64,000 bases of DNA from Candidatus Parcubacteria bacterium (GTDB lineage: Bacteria; Patescibacteriota; Minisyncoccia; UBA6257; HR35): the NCBI GenBank assembly GCA_026004535.1, contig BPJI01000001.1, positions 79,915-143,914 on the forward strand, in the 5' to 3' direction. The notes below the pieces were generated by a model. The model was not told the origin of the DNA and did no database searches. It saw only the letters and a program-made list of their open reading frames with translations. Shown one piece after another: positions 31,156 to 40,424 of this stretch; position 1 is the stretch's first letter, and each line of letters opens with the position of its first letter. The translations under genes and the position numbers were made by a program.

Positions 31156-32549
31156 AATTTTTCTATTGCTTTATTAATTAAATCAATAGTCTTTTCTTTA
31201 CCAAAAACTTCGGCCAAATCAAATGGCGGTGGCGATGCTTCTTTACCTGAAAGAGCAACCCTTAGAGGCCAAAAATATTCTCCCTTGTTATTACCTGAAA
31301 GTCTATCTAAAATCTCTTTAATCTTTTCAGCTCTGAAATCTTCTTCTTTAATTTTAGCAAATTCTTTTTTAATTTCTTCCAAATTATTTTTAATTTTTTC
31401 TCGAGATGTATTTTTCCATATAAGCATTTCAGCCGAATAGTCAAAATCTTTGAAGAAAAATTCAACTGAGGGTAAAATATCATTTAGAGTTGTCGCTCTT
31501 TCTTTACCAAGTTCAATTATTTTCAAAATTTTTTCATAAGAATAATTATTAATATAAGTAGAGAAATCAAGTAAATCAATTAGTTCTTCTGGTTTTTTGG
31601 TTTTTAAGTAATGACGGTTAAAATAATTTAATTTAGAAATATTAAAAATTGTTGGTGATTTATTTAATTTTTCTAATTTAAATTCTTTAATCATTTCTTC
31701 TAAAGAAATTATTTCTCGATCACCAGCTGGATGCCAGCCCAATAAAGCTACAAAATTCAAAATTGCTTCTGGTAAATAACCTTCCTGACGATACTCATTA
31801 ATACTTTTAGCTCCGTGTCTTTTTGAAAGTTTGCTTCGATCTTGACCTAAAACTAATGGTAAATGAACAAAAATTGGCGGCTGCCAATCTAAATATTGGT
31901 AGATTAATAATTGTTTGGGGGTTGTCAAAATAAATTCTTCGCCTCGGATAACATGAGTAATTCCTTGATAATGATCATCAACTGTATTGGCTAAAACATA
32001 AAGTGGTTCCTTTTCCTTTTTAGCGATAACAAAATCTCCACTTTGACGAAAATCAAATTTTATTTCGCCTCTTAAAAAATCTTTAAAAGTAATAATTTTT
32101 TCTGGAACTTTTAAACGGATAACATAATTCTCTTTTTCTTTTCTCTTTAAGACTGTTTGTTTATCAAGATTCCTACAGGTTCCAGAATATCGTGGTACCT
32201 CTCCTCTTGTTAATTGTTCTTGTTTTCTTAATTCTAATTCTTCTTTTGAACAGAAACAATAATAAGCTAAATCTTTATCAATCAGCTCTTTGATTATTTT
32301 TTCATATAAATCTATTCTTTCACTTTGACGAATTGGGCCTTCGTCCCAAAAGAGACCTAGCCAATTTAAGCTATCAATAATATCCTCTTCAAATTCCCTT
32401 CTCGATCTTTCTTTGTCAGTATCTTCAATTCTTAAAATAAAAACGCCATTTTCAGCTTTAGCAAAAAGATAGTTAAATAAAGCAGTTCGAGCACCACCTA
32501 AATGAAGGTACCCAGTTGGTGATGGCGCAAATCTAACTCTAACTACCAT
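31152..32549 (-). CDS. gltX: Glutamate-tRNA ligase
   Basis: RFAPSPTGYLHLGG, RIEDTD, KLSKRHG. Confidence 0.98.
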   Translation of the reverse strand: MVVRVRFAPSPTGYLHLGGARTALFNYLFAKAENGVFILRIEDTDKERSRREFEEDIIDSLNWLGLFWDEGPIRQSERIDLYEKIIKELIDKDLAYYCFCSKEELELRKQEQLTRGEVPRYSGTCRNLDKQTVLKRKEKENYVIRLKVPEKIITFKDFLRGEIKFDFRQSGDFVIAKKEKEPLYVLANTVDDHYQGITHVIRGEEFILTTPKQLLIYQYLDWQPPIFVHLPLVLGQDRSKLSKRHGAKSINEYRQEGYLPEAILNFVALLGWHPAGDREIISLEEMIKEFKLEKLNKSPTIFNISKLNYFNRHYLKTKKPEELIDLLDFSTYINNYSYEKILKIIELGKERATTLNDILPSVEFFFKDFDYSAEMLIWKNTSREKIKNNLEEIKKEFAKIKEEDFRAEKIKEILDRLSGNNKGEYFWPLRVALSGKEASPPPFDLAEVFGKEKTIDLINKAIEKL

Positions 32550-32568
32550 TTAAATATATTATAAAGCA

Positions 32569-33858
32569 TTATTTAACTAAATAACCAGGAATCAAATTAG
32601 GGTCAAGGGGCAAAATTAAAGTTACTTTTGTTCCTTTATTTTCTTCTGATTCAACCTTAATATCACCGCCATGAAAATTAATCAAATTTTTAGCATTATA
32701 AAGACCGATACCGAAACCTTTGACGTCCAATTCTTTTGCTTTTTCACCTCGATAGTATTTTTTAAACAAATTAGCTAAATCTTTTTTAGTCATCCCAACA
32801 CCAGTATCTTGAATAATTATTTCTAAATATGGTCTTTGAGGCATTTTTTGAATCCTAATATCAACTAAACCTCCTGGTTTATTATATAAAATCGAATTTT
32901 CAATCAAAGCAAATAGAGATAAAGAAATAATACTCTGATCAACATTAACTTTGGTCACCTTTTCTTCGATCTCAACATTTACTTTTAATTTTTTCTCCTC
33001 AATTTTTTCTTTTAAAACATCCAAAATAGTAACAATAATTCTTTCTAAATCAACCTCCTCAATCTTAACTTTTAATTGACCGAATTCAGTCCGGACAAAA
33101 TTCAAAGTTGATTCAGCTAAAAAGATTGTTGATTTAACTATTCTTAAAGCAATTTCAATAAAATCTTTATTCTCTGTTGGAATTTCTTTTAAATTAATTG
33201 CTTCCAAATTCCATCGGATTTCACTTAAGGGCGTTAAAAGATTATGGCTTATCATTTGGATAAACTCTAATCTTTTTTCTGATTCTAAAACATCCTTGGT
33301 TTTATCCGAAATAATTCTCAATTTATATTTTTTATCTAAGTAAACATCGGTATAAGTAATTAGAAAATATTTTTCTTCAGGTAGACTAAATTTAACTTCA
33401 ATTATTTCTGGTTTTTGATTAACGATTTTTAAATTTTCACCTTGCAAAAAAGGGAATAAAATATTAGCCAATGTTTGATAAATTTCACTTTTAATCATCT
33501 CACTTTTAACCTTTAAATTAATCAAATCTTCTTTTTTAATTTTGACTAATTCGGCAAAATATTCATTAACAAAAACAATTTTAAACTCGTCATCATAGAT
33601 GACAATTCCATCCTGAAGATAGTCTAAAAGATTTTGAAATAGATAAAAGAAAGATACTTTTTCTTCTTTTGGCTTTTTTTGAATTTGAAGAAAAAAGTAC
33701 AAAGCAGCTATAACTAAAGTTAGATTAACAAAAATTAAAATCTTTAGAAAATTAAAATTATTAACAAACAATGAAAAAATTGATAATATTAAAGATAAAC
33801 CAAAAAAAACTAAAATTAATCTTTCCTTGACTTGAAAAAATTTTATAATTTTTTTCAT
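32569..33858 (-). CDS. Membrane sensor histidine kinase (PAS, HisKA, HATPase)
   Basis: ISHNLLTPL H-box, DTGVGM, GFGIGL, GTKV. Confidence 0.9.
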   Translation of the reverse strand: MKKIIKFFQVKERLILVFFGLSLILSIFSLFVNNFNFLKILIFVNLTLVIAALYFFLQIQKKPKEEKVSFFYLFQNLLDYLQDGIVIYDDEFKIVFVNEYFAELVKIKKEDLINLKVKSEMIKSEIYQTLANILFPFLQGENLKIVNQKPEIIEVKFSLPEEKYFLITYTDVYLDKKYKLRIISDKTKDVLESEKRLEFIQMISHNLLTPLSEIRWNLEAINLKEIPTENKDFIEIALRIVKSTIFLAESTLNFVRTEFGQLKVKIEEVDLERIIVTILDVLKEKIEEKKLKVNVEIEEKVTKVNVDQSIISLSLFALIENSILYNKPGGLVDIRIQKMPQRPYLEIIIQDTGVGMTKKDLANLFKKYYRGEKAKELDVKGFGIGLYNAKNLINFHGGDIKVESEENKGTKVTLILPLDPNLIPGYLVK

Positions 33859-36353
33859 TATGACAAACTCGATCCTTCTTTAAGATTAACCCTTAGGGGG
33901 ACAGTTAGTTTATACATATTTTCCATCTTTTCTTTAATTATAACCTTAATTTCCTCCTTCATCTCTTCCTTAACTTCAAAAACCAATTCATCGTGAATGG
34001 TTAAAATAAAATAGGCGGGTAAATTTTTTTGATAAATTTCCTCATCAATAGTAATCATTGCTTTTTTAAGTAAATCAGCAGCTAAACCCTGAATTGGCAT
34101 ATTAATAGCTATTCTTTCAGCCAAAGCTCTTTCCCGATAGGATTGATAATTAATTTCGGGAATAAACTTTTTGCGACCAAAAAGAGTCTGAGCATAAGAG
34201 TAAGTTTTAGCAAATTCAATTAATTCCTCTTTTAATTTTTTTACTCCTGGATAAAAATAATAAAATTTCTCAATTAATTTACTTGCCAAAGATACAGGCA
34301 GCTGCAGTCTTTCAGCCAATCCTTTAGCAGTTACGCCATAACAAATGCCAAAATTAATTATTTTTGCCTTCCTCCTTGATTCAGACGAATCATCGCCAAA
34401 AACCATTTTGGCTGTTTGGCTGTGAATATCTAAATCATTTTTAAAAGCTGAAATTAAATTTTCATCCTGGCTTAAATGAGCTAGAAGCCTAAGTTCAATT
34501 TGAGAATAATCAACATCAAGGAAAACATAACCTTCTTCAGCAATAAAGACTTTTCTTAAATATTGTGCTAATTCTCCTTCTAAGGGTAAATTTTGTAAAT
34601 TAGGATTTTCCGAAGTAATTCTTCCAGTACTTGTTCCAGTTTGGTTAAAAATGGTATAAATTCTTTTTGTCTGAGGATTATAAGTTTTTAATAATGAATC
34701 AGTATAAGTCGTTAAAAGTTTATTTGTTTTACGATAGTCTAAAATTTTACTGATGATTGGGTGGAGATGAATAATTTTAATTAAATCAGTTTCTTGAGTT
34801 GAAATTTCGCCTTTGCTTGTTTTAGTCAAACCCTTGGTTGGAATTTTTAATTTGGTGAATAAAATTTTTCTTAATTGAAGTGGTGAATTAGGATTAAATT
34901 TTTCTCCGGCTAAATCATAAATTTCTTCTAAAAGTCGATCGCATTTTTCTTTAATTTTTCTCTTAAATTCCTCAAGGGCTTCAATATCGATCTTAATACC
35001 TCTAAGTTCCATTCGCGCTAAAATACCAACCAATGGTAGTTCAATTTCGAAATAAACTTTTTCAAGCTCAAGCTCTTTAAGCTTGTTTAGCAAATTTTTA
35101 GTTGTTTCTAAAGCAGAAATCAGTGGTTGTTTAATATTTGGATTTTGGTAGGCAATAATTTCTTCTAAATTGAGATTACCTTTAGATGGATTTAAAAGCC
35201 AAAAAATTATTTTTAAATCATAAATTTTATTAAGATTTAATTTCTTGTCAAAATAAAAATCATCTTTAAAAATTTCTTTGAAAATGTTCTTTAAATCAAA
35301 AACATATTTTTCTCCATCGGTTAAAAAAATCTCTCTTAAAAAATTTTTAGTTAAAATTTTTATTTCTCCTGAACCATCATCAATTTTTATTTGGTCTTTA
35401 TCTAAAAAAAAGAAAAAAGGTTTTTTTAACTCACATAAAGAAGTAATAGTTTTTGATTCCATTTTTAAAACAGCAAAAAGTCCTTTGTTCTCTTTTTCAG
35501 CTTGAATTCTTTGAATTAAACTCTTAAAACCAAATTCTCGAAAAACAGAAATTAATTCTTCGTTTTTAAAGCCAGAATAAGGTTTTAAAAGACTTTGATC
35601 AATTTCTATATCTTTTCTCAGGGTCACTAATTCACGATTAAATAAAAGTTTTTCTTTATAAGCTAAAATTTTTTCTCTAAATTTTGGCTCAAGTTTTTTT
35701 TCTTCGGCTGCTTTAATTATGCCCTCTAAATTTTGGTATTGCTGCAAAAGTTGACTGGCTGTTTTTGGGCCAATCCCAGAAATACCAATGATATTATCAG
35801 AAGGATCGCCAATTAAGGCTTTATAATCAGGAAGTTGCTGGGGTAAAAGTCCGTATTTTTCTTTAATTTGCTTTTCATCATAAATTATTGTTTGGGTAAT
35901 TCCTTTTTTCATCGTCAAAATCTTTGTTTTCTGATCAACAAGTTGCAAAGTATCTAAATCGCCAGTTAAAATAACGATCTCGTCAGCTGAAGATAAAAAT
36001 TTTTCTTTTAAACTGGCAATCAGATCATCAGCTTCATAACCGATTTTTTCAATTACTGGAATATTAAAAGCAGAGAAAATTTTTTTGGCTAAAGAGATTT
36101 GAATTTTTAAATCATCAGTTATTGGTTGTCGAGTTGCTTTATATTCTTTAAAAACTTGGTGCCTAATGGTTGGCTCAGGCCTATCATATAAAGCAAAAAT
36201 ATAATCTGGTTTTTGCTCCTTTAAAATTTTTAGAAGAATATTGCTCAAACCATAAAGAGCTTGAACTGGTCTTCCTTGAGAATCAACAAGATTAGGCATG
36301 GCATGATAAATCCTATAAATTAAAGCATTAGCATCAATAAGAAAAACCTTCAT
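33858..36353 (-). CDS. polA: DNA polymerase I
   Basis: 5'-3' exonuclease (YEADD, GDPSDNI.G) and polymerase motifs DYSQIELR, TIHDEL. Confidence 0.98.
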   Translation of the reverse strand: MKVFLIDANALIYRIYHAMPNLVDSQGRPVQALYGLSNILLKILKEQKPDYIFALYDRPEPTIRHQVFKEYKATRQPITDDLKIQISLAKKIFSAFNIPVIEKIGYEADDLIASLKEKFLSSADEIVILTGDLDTLQLVDQKTKILTMKKGITQTIIYDEKQIKEKYGLLPQQLPDYKALIGDPSDNIIGISGIGPKTASQLLQQYQNLEGIIKAAEEKKLEPKFREKILAYKEKLLFNRELVTLRKDIEIDQSLLKPYSGFKNEELISVFREFGFKSLIQRIQAEKENKGLFAVLKMESKTITSLCELKKPFFFFLDKDQIKIDDGSGEIKILTKNFLREIFLTDGEKYVFDLKNIFKEIFKDDFYFDKKLNLNKIYDLKIIFWLLNPSKGNLNLEEIIAYQNPNIKQPLISALETTKNLLNKLKELELEKVYFEIELPLVGILARMELRGIKIDIEALEEFKRKIKEKCDRLLEEIYDLAGEKFNPNSPLQLRKILFTKLKIPTKGLTKTSKGEISTQETDLIKIIHLHPIISKILDYRKTNKLLTTYTDSLLKTYNPQTKRIYTIFNQTGTSTGRITSENPNLQNLPLEGELAQYLRKVFIAEEGYVFLDVDYSQIELRLLAHLSQDENLISAFKNDLDIHSQTAKMVFGDDSSESRRKAKIINFGICYGVTAKGLAERLQLPVSLASKLIEKFYYFYPGVKKLKEELIEFAKTYSYAQTLFGRKKFIPEINYQSYRERALAERIAINMPIQGLAADLLKKAMITIDEEIYQKNLPAYFILTIHDELVFEVKEEMKEEIKVIIKEKMENMYKLTVPLRVNLKEGSSLS

Positions 36354-36754
36354 TTTATTAAGTAAATTCTCTTATTTTTTACTATTTTAATCTTAATTTC
36401 TCTAAATTTTATCTTTTTTCTTTTTAAATATGATCTTAATTTCTCCCCCCATTCAATAAAAAAAATATTATTTTTCTTTTTTAACTCATTTTTTAAACCT
36501 ATTTTTAAAATATCCTGCGATCTGATTCGATAAAGATCAATATGATTTAAGAAATATTTTTTCTTTTTTAATTGAAACTGATATTTTTGCCATAAAACAA
36601 AAGTTGGACTAGTTAAGGTTTCTTTAATTTTTAATTTTTTAGCAATCAATTTTGTTAAAGTTGTTTTACCTGCGCCCAAAGGTCCTGAGAGTAAAAATAT
36701 TTTTTGCCGAGGAATTAAATTTAAAATTTTACTTAAAACTTGATTTTGGGTCAT
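36350..36754 (-). CDS. tsaE: tRNA threonylcarbamoyladenosine biosynthesis ATPase
   Basis: GPLGAGKTT, SPTF, HIDLYR, IEWGE. Confidence 0.95.
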   Translation of the reverse strand: MTQNQVLSKILNLIPRQKIFLLSGPLGAGKTTLTKLIAKKLKIKETLTSPTFVLWQKYQFQLKKKKYFLNHIDLYRIRSQDILKIGLKNELKKKNNIFFIEWGEKLRSYLKRKKIKFREIKIKIVKNKRIYLIK

Positions 36755-36773
36755 AAAAATATTATACCAATTT

Positions 36774-36803
36774 AAAACTCCCGCCCTAAGGCGGGAGTTT
36801 TTT
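36774..36803. terminator. Intrinsic terminator
   Basis: aaaactcccgcc-ctaa-ggcgggagtttt. Confidence 0.85.
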
Positions 36804-36972
36804 ATGCTTCCTCTTCTTCTAAGGATTCTTCCTCCTCAAACTCTTCCTCTAATGGTTCTTCCCATTCTTCCTCAGGAATGTCTTCTAATTCTTCAAATTC
36901 TTCTTCGGCTGGTTCTTCCATTAAGCCCTCTTCTTCTTCATTCAATTGCTGAACTAATTTTAAATCTTTCAT
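36802..36972 (-). CDS. 56-aa extremely acidic microprotein (not in ORF track)
   Basis: MKDLKLVQQLNEEEEGLMEEPAEEEFEELEDIPEEEWEEPLEEEFEEEESLEEEEA; upstream TATAAT and TGTCG leader motif, downstream terminator. Confidence 0.75.
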   Translation of the reverse strand: MKDLKLVQQLNEEEEGLMEEPAEEEFEELEDIPEEEWEEPLEEEFEEEESLEEEEA

Positions 36973-37057
36973 TGATTAAAAAAAATTTAATTAACGACAC
37001 TTCTATCTTTAAATTTATTATATTATTTTTCATTATTTTCTTTTAAAAGTCAAGAGT

Positions 37058-37756
37058 TCAGTCTTTAAGATTAGTAAAAACTTCTTCAATGTCATCTAGA
37101 TTTAATAATTCTTCTATTAATTGGTTGGCTTTTGTCTTTAAATTTTCACTAATATTTTCCATAATATTCAAAGGTCTAAACTCAAGATAAGAATCTTTAA
37201 CTACAATTTCATTTTTTTCTAATTTATCTTTTAATTCATTAAGCTGACTTAAGTTTGTTATTAACAAAATATCCCCATCTTTCTCTTGAATATCTTCAAA
37301 TAAATCTGCCAGATCTAAGACTTTTGTTTCGTCTTCTTTTGAAATTACAACAACTCCTTTTTCTTGAAAGTTCCAAATTACAGATCTAGGTTCAGCTAAG
37401 CGACCTCCGTATTTATTTAAAAGATGCCTAATCTCTCCTAGGGTTCTGTTTTTATTGTCAGTAATAGCTTTAATTAAAATTTGCACATCTTCTAAATAAG
37501 CTTCAAAAATTATTTCTTCTAAATTATCCTCTTTTGTTTCTCCTTTTTTAATTGCTCGTTCAATATTTTCTAATGGCACCTGAAATTCTCTAGCTCTTTC
37601 AATGGCTGCTCTCAATTTATAATTAGTTTCTGGGTTATTACCTTCGCGAGCAGCAATTGTAATAGCTCTAATCAATTTCGAAATCAATTGCCCTTTTTTA
37701 GCATCAACAATTGCTTTCTTATGTTTAATCTGTGCCCAATGAGAATGACCAGCCAT
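37058..37756 (-). CDS. yebC: YebC/PmpR family protein
   Basis: True start MAGHSHWAQIKHKK at 37756; NIERAIKK, TDNKNRT. Confidence 0.95.
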   Translation of the reverse strand: MAGHSHWAQIKHKKAIVDAKKGQLISKLIRAITIAAREGNNPETNYKLRAAIERAREFQVPLENIERAIKKGETKEDNLEEIIFEAYLEDVQILIKAITDNKNRTLGEIRHLLNKYGGRLAEPRSVIWNFQEKGVVVISKEDETKVLDLADLFEDIQEKDGDILLITNLSQLNELKDKLEKNEIVVKDSYLEFRPLNIMENISENLKTKANQLIEELLNLDDIEEVFTNLKD

Positions 37757-37805
37757 TTTTGCTAGTTTTACAGCTTCACAGCTTCCAAGCTTCAAAAAGA
37801 ATATG

Positions 37806-38231
37806 GGGAAAGCATAAGCCGGGTTTTGTTTTAGCCAATTATCTGTCTTGCGGAGGAAATCGCTTTCCTCCCCTAGCGGCACTCTCGCAAAAGCGAGCAC
37901 GGCCTTGCACCCAAGAAAAGAGAAAGAAGCATTAGTAAATTGCTTTACTATGCCAAAAGGTAGCCAGAAAAAGGATTTTCTGACACCCTTTTGCTTTTCA
38001 CCTTTCCCTGAATTAGCTTCAGGTAGTATTGTCTCTGTTCTTTCTCTTTAGACTTTTCAGCCTAGCGGATTTTTCCGCTTCCCTTACTGGGTGCCCGGAC
38101 TTTCCTCTCCAACCACAGATAAGCACTGATTTAAATATTTTACTGATCAACACAGATTTAATAATCCGTGTTTATCAGTGAGGTTTTTATATCCGTGTTT
38201 ATCCGTAGTCAGAGCAATTGGCTGCTTTCCC
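37806..38231 (-). ncRNA. rnpB: RNase P RNA with enlarged P3 helix
   Basis: P1 GGGAAAGCA/TGCTTTCCC; GAGGAAAGTCCGGGC and ACAAAACCCGGCTTA universal motifs; TGTTATAAT promoter 7 nt upstream. Confidence 0.93.
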
Positions 38232-38249
38232 TTTGAATATTATAACATC

Positions 38250-39041
38250 TTATTCATTAATAATCAAGGTTTTTTGAATATCTGTTCGCCAGATTACTGA
38301 AGAAAAGTTTTTTAAAACATTTAAAGTCTCTTGATGAGGATGGCCATATAAATTTTGACCAACTTGAATTACTGCTACCAATGGCTTGACTAAAGAATAA
38401 AACCTTTCATCAATTGAATATTTTGAACCATGGTGAGGAACTAAAAAATAATCAGCTTTTAAAAATTTTGCACAACAATTAATTAAATTTTCGATTGCTT
38501 CCCTTTCAATATCACCAGTTAAAAGATAAGAATGTTTGCCAAATATTTTTAAAACCAATGACTCATTATTTTCTTTTTTGTAATCTTTATCGGGATGTAA
38601 AACTAAAAAACTAAAATGATTGTCATAGATCTGACTTCCTTGCCTAAAAACTAAAATCGGGATATTTAACTTTTCCACTAAAGCTAAAAGTTTTTCATAA
38701 TTCTTATCTTGGCTTTGTTTTGTACTTACTCCAATTATTCTTACTTTATATCTCTTTAAAATTTCAAAAGCAGCAAAATAATGATCTTTATCAGGATGAG
38801 ACAAAAATAAAATATCTATTTTTTTACTATAAAAAGGTAAAAATTTATCAATTTCTCTTAGGATTAACGAAGGGTATTTTCCGGTATCATAAAGATAAAT
38901 ATTATTTTTATTTTTTATTAAAACCGCCTTACCTTGGCCAACATCTAAAAAAGAAACAAGTCTTTTTTCGTTTAAAGCCGAAAAAATTATCGCGTAAACA
39001 ACAAAATTAACTAAGATCAAGCCTAAAATCAACCGCCTCAT
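38250..39041 (-). CDS. ComEC metallo-beta-lactamase domain protein (split ComEC, C-terminal part)
   Basis: FLDVGQG, LSHPDKDH, LTGDI, PHHGSK, YGHPH. Confidence 0.9.
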   Translation of the reverse strand: MRRLILGLILVNFVVYAIIFSALNEKRLVSFLDVGQGKAVLIKNKNNIYLYDTGKYPSLILREIDKFLPFYSKKIDILFLSHPDKDHYFAAFEILKRYKVRIIGVSTKQSQDKNYEKLLALVEKLNIPILVFRQGSQIYDNHFSFLVLHPDKDYKKENNESLVLKIFGKHSYLLTGDIEREAIENLINCCAKFLKADYFLVPHHGSKYSIDERFYSLVKPLVAVIQVGQNLYGHPHQETLNVLKNFSSVIWRTDIQKTLIINE

Positions 39042-40134
39042 CTTTTATTTGGTAATAAATTTCAATAAAAATTAAAAAATAAATTGCAAAAACTAAAATT
39101 AAAGGAATTTTAAAATAAATGACAAAACTACTAAAAATTTTAGCAACAAAAAGAACATAAATTAAAAATGGAAGCGATAACCAGGCAAGATACTTAATTG
39201 GAAAAAACAAAAATAAACTGACTAAAGTCATGACATAAGGGATAATGGGCAAAACAAAAAGATTACTAATTAAAGAAAAGAAATTAAAATTGCCAAAATA
39301 ATAAAGAATTAAAGGATAAGTAAAAATTTGGGCTGCTAGTGTTTCAGAAAATGTTTTTTGAAAAAATTTAGGTAAAAATTTTAATTTCTTTTCAATTAAT
39401 GGCGCTAAATAAAAAATACCAGTAATTGCTAAAAAAGAAAGCTGAGTACCAATATCTTGAAAAATAAACTTTGGATTAATCAAAGAAAAAAGAATTAAGG
39501 CAAAAAGTAAAATATTTCTTCTAAGCGGTAAGCGACCAAATTTATTTTTAACTAAGATTAATAAAAATCCCATTATTCCCGCTCTTAAGACATTGCCCTC
39601 AAAACCCATAAGTAAAATAAAGAAAACAATCAAGAATGAAGAGAAATAAAAAATCAAATTAGGAGTTAAAATTGGAATATATTTTAAAGCTTCATAAAAG
39701 ATAGAAAACATAATTGTTAAATTTTGACCAGAAACAGCAGTAATATGAATTAGGCCGCTATTTATAAAATTTTCTTTAACTTCTTTATCATCAAATTTTG
39801 AACCTAAAAATATTCCTCGAAAAAGATTTTCATGAGGAAACGGTAAAGATTGTTTAATTTTTTCTTCTAAAAAATTTCGATAATTTTGAATAAATATTGG
39901 AGGTTGAATTTTTGGTAAAATTATTTCTTGTCTTAAAAGATAATAAAAAGAACCCAAAAAAATAAATAATAAAAAGAGAATTGAATATTTTAAATTTTTA
40001 AACTTTAAATAAAAAAGTAAAGCAAAAAGAAAATTGAATAAAAACCAAAATTGAGAAAAATGAACAAAAGCTGTGCCTAGAATAAAAGCCGCACCAAAAA
40101 CAAAAAATAAATTAGCAACCAAAAGCTCGGGCAT
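39007..40134 (-). CDS. comEC: ComEC competence membrane channel (split ComEC)
   Basis: GLIHITAVSGQN, LRAGIM, QLSFLA. Confidence 0.9.
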   Translation of the reverse strand: MPELLVANLFFVFGAAFILGTAFVHFSQFWFLFNFLFALLFYLKFKNLKYSILFLLFIFLGSFYYLLRQEIILPKIQPPIFIQNYRNFLEEKIKQSLPFPHENLFRGIFLGSKFDDKEVKENFINSGLIHITAVSGQNLTIMFSIFYEALKYIPILTPNLIFYFSSFLIVFFILLMGFEGNVLRAGIMGFLLILVKNKFGRLPLRRNILLFALILFSLINPKFIFQDIGTQLSFLAITGIFYLAPLIEKKLKFLPKFFQKTFSETLAAQIFTYPLILYYFGNFNFFSLISNLFVLPIIPYVMTLVSLFLFFPIKYLAWLSLPFLIYVLFVAKIFSSFVIYFKIPLILVFAIYFLIFIEIYYQIKDEAVDFRLDLS

Positions 40135-40136
40135 TA

Positions 40137-40207
40137 TGCCCTCAGGAGGAATCGAACCTCCATCTTCTCCTTAGGACGGAGACGCTCTTCCCTTGAGCTA
40201 TGAGGGC
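40137..40207 (-). tRNA. tRNA-Arg (anticodon CCU)
   Basis: GCCCTCATAGCTCAAGGGAAGAGCG TCTCC-GT CCT AA-GGAGA AGATGGAGGTTCGATTCCTCCTGAGGGCA. Confidence 0.88.
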
Positions 40208-40387
40208 ATCTTACTAGAAATATTTTAAAATATATCGTTTTTATGCGGAAACTTTAACATTTTCTTATTACTTAACAACTGCTAAATGATATTTCTTTAA
40301 TTTTTCAAATTTATCTCTTAAAGGAAACCGCTTCAAAAATATATATTTCTTTATATTTTTACATAATATATCTTTACTCTGCCAACT

Positions 40388-40419
40388 GACGGAGACGTAT
40401 TCCTTTGAGCTATGAGTGC
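40388..40419 (-). repeat. Degenerate duplicate of the tRNA-Arg 5' half
   Basis: gacggagacgtattcctttgagctatgagtgc versus gacggagacgctcttcccttgagctatgagggc. Confidence 0.7.
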
Positions 40420-40424
40420 GAAAA

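Noticed and set aside
36804-37046. Plus-strand Leu-rich 80-aa ORF
   Set aside because: It is the antisense shadow of the Glu-rich minus-strand ORF, which has promoter, leader motif and terminator support.
37757-37900. N-terminal extension of YebC in the ORF track
   Set aside because: It overlaps the RNase P RNA 3' end; the family start MAGHSHW is at 37756.
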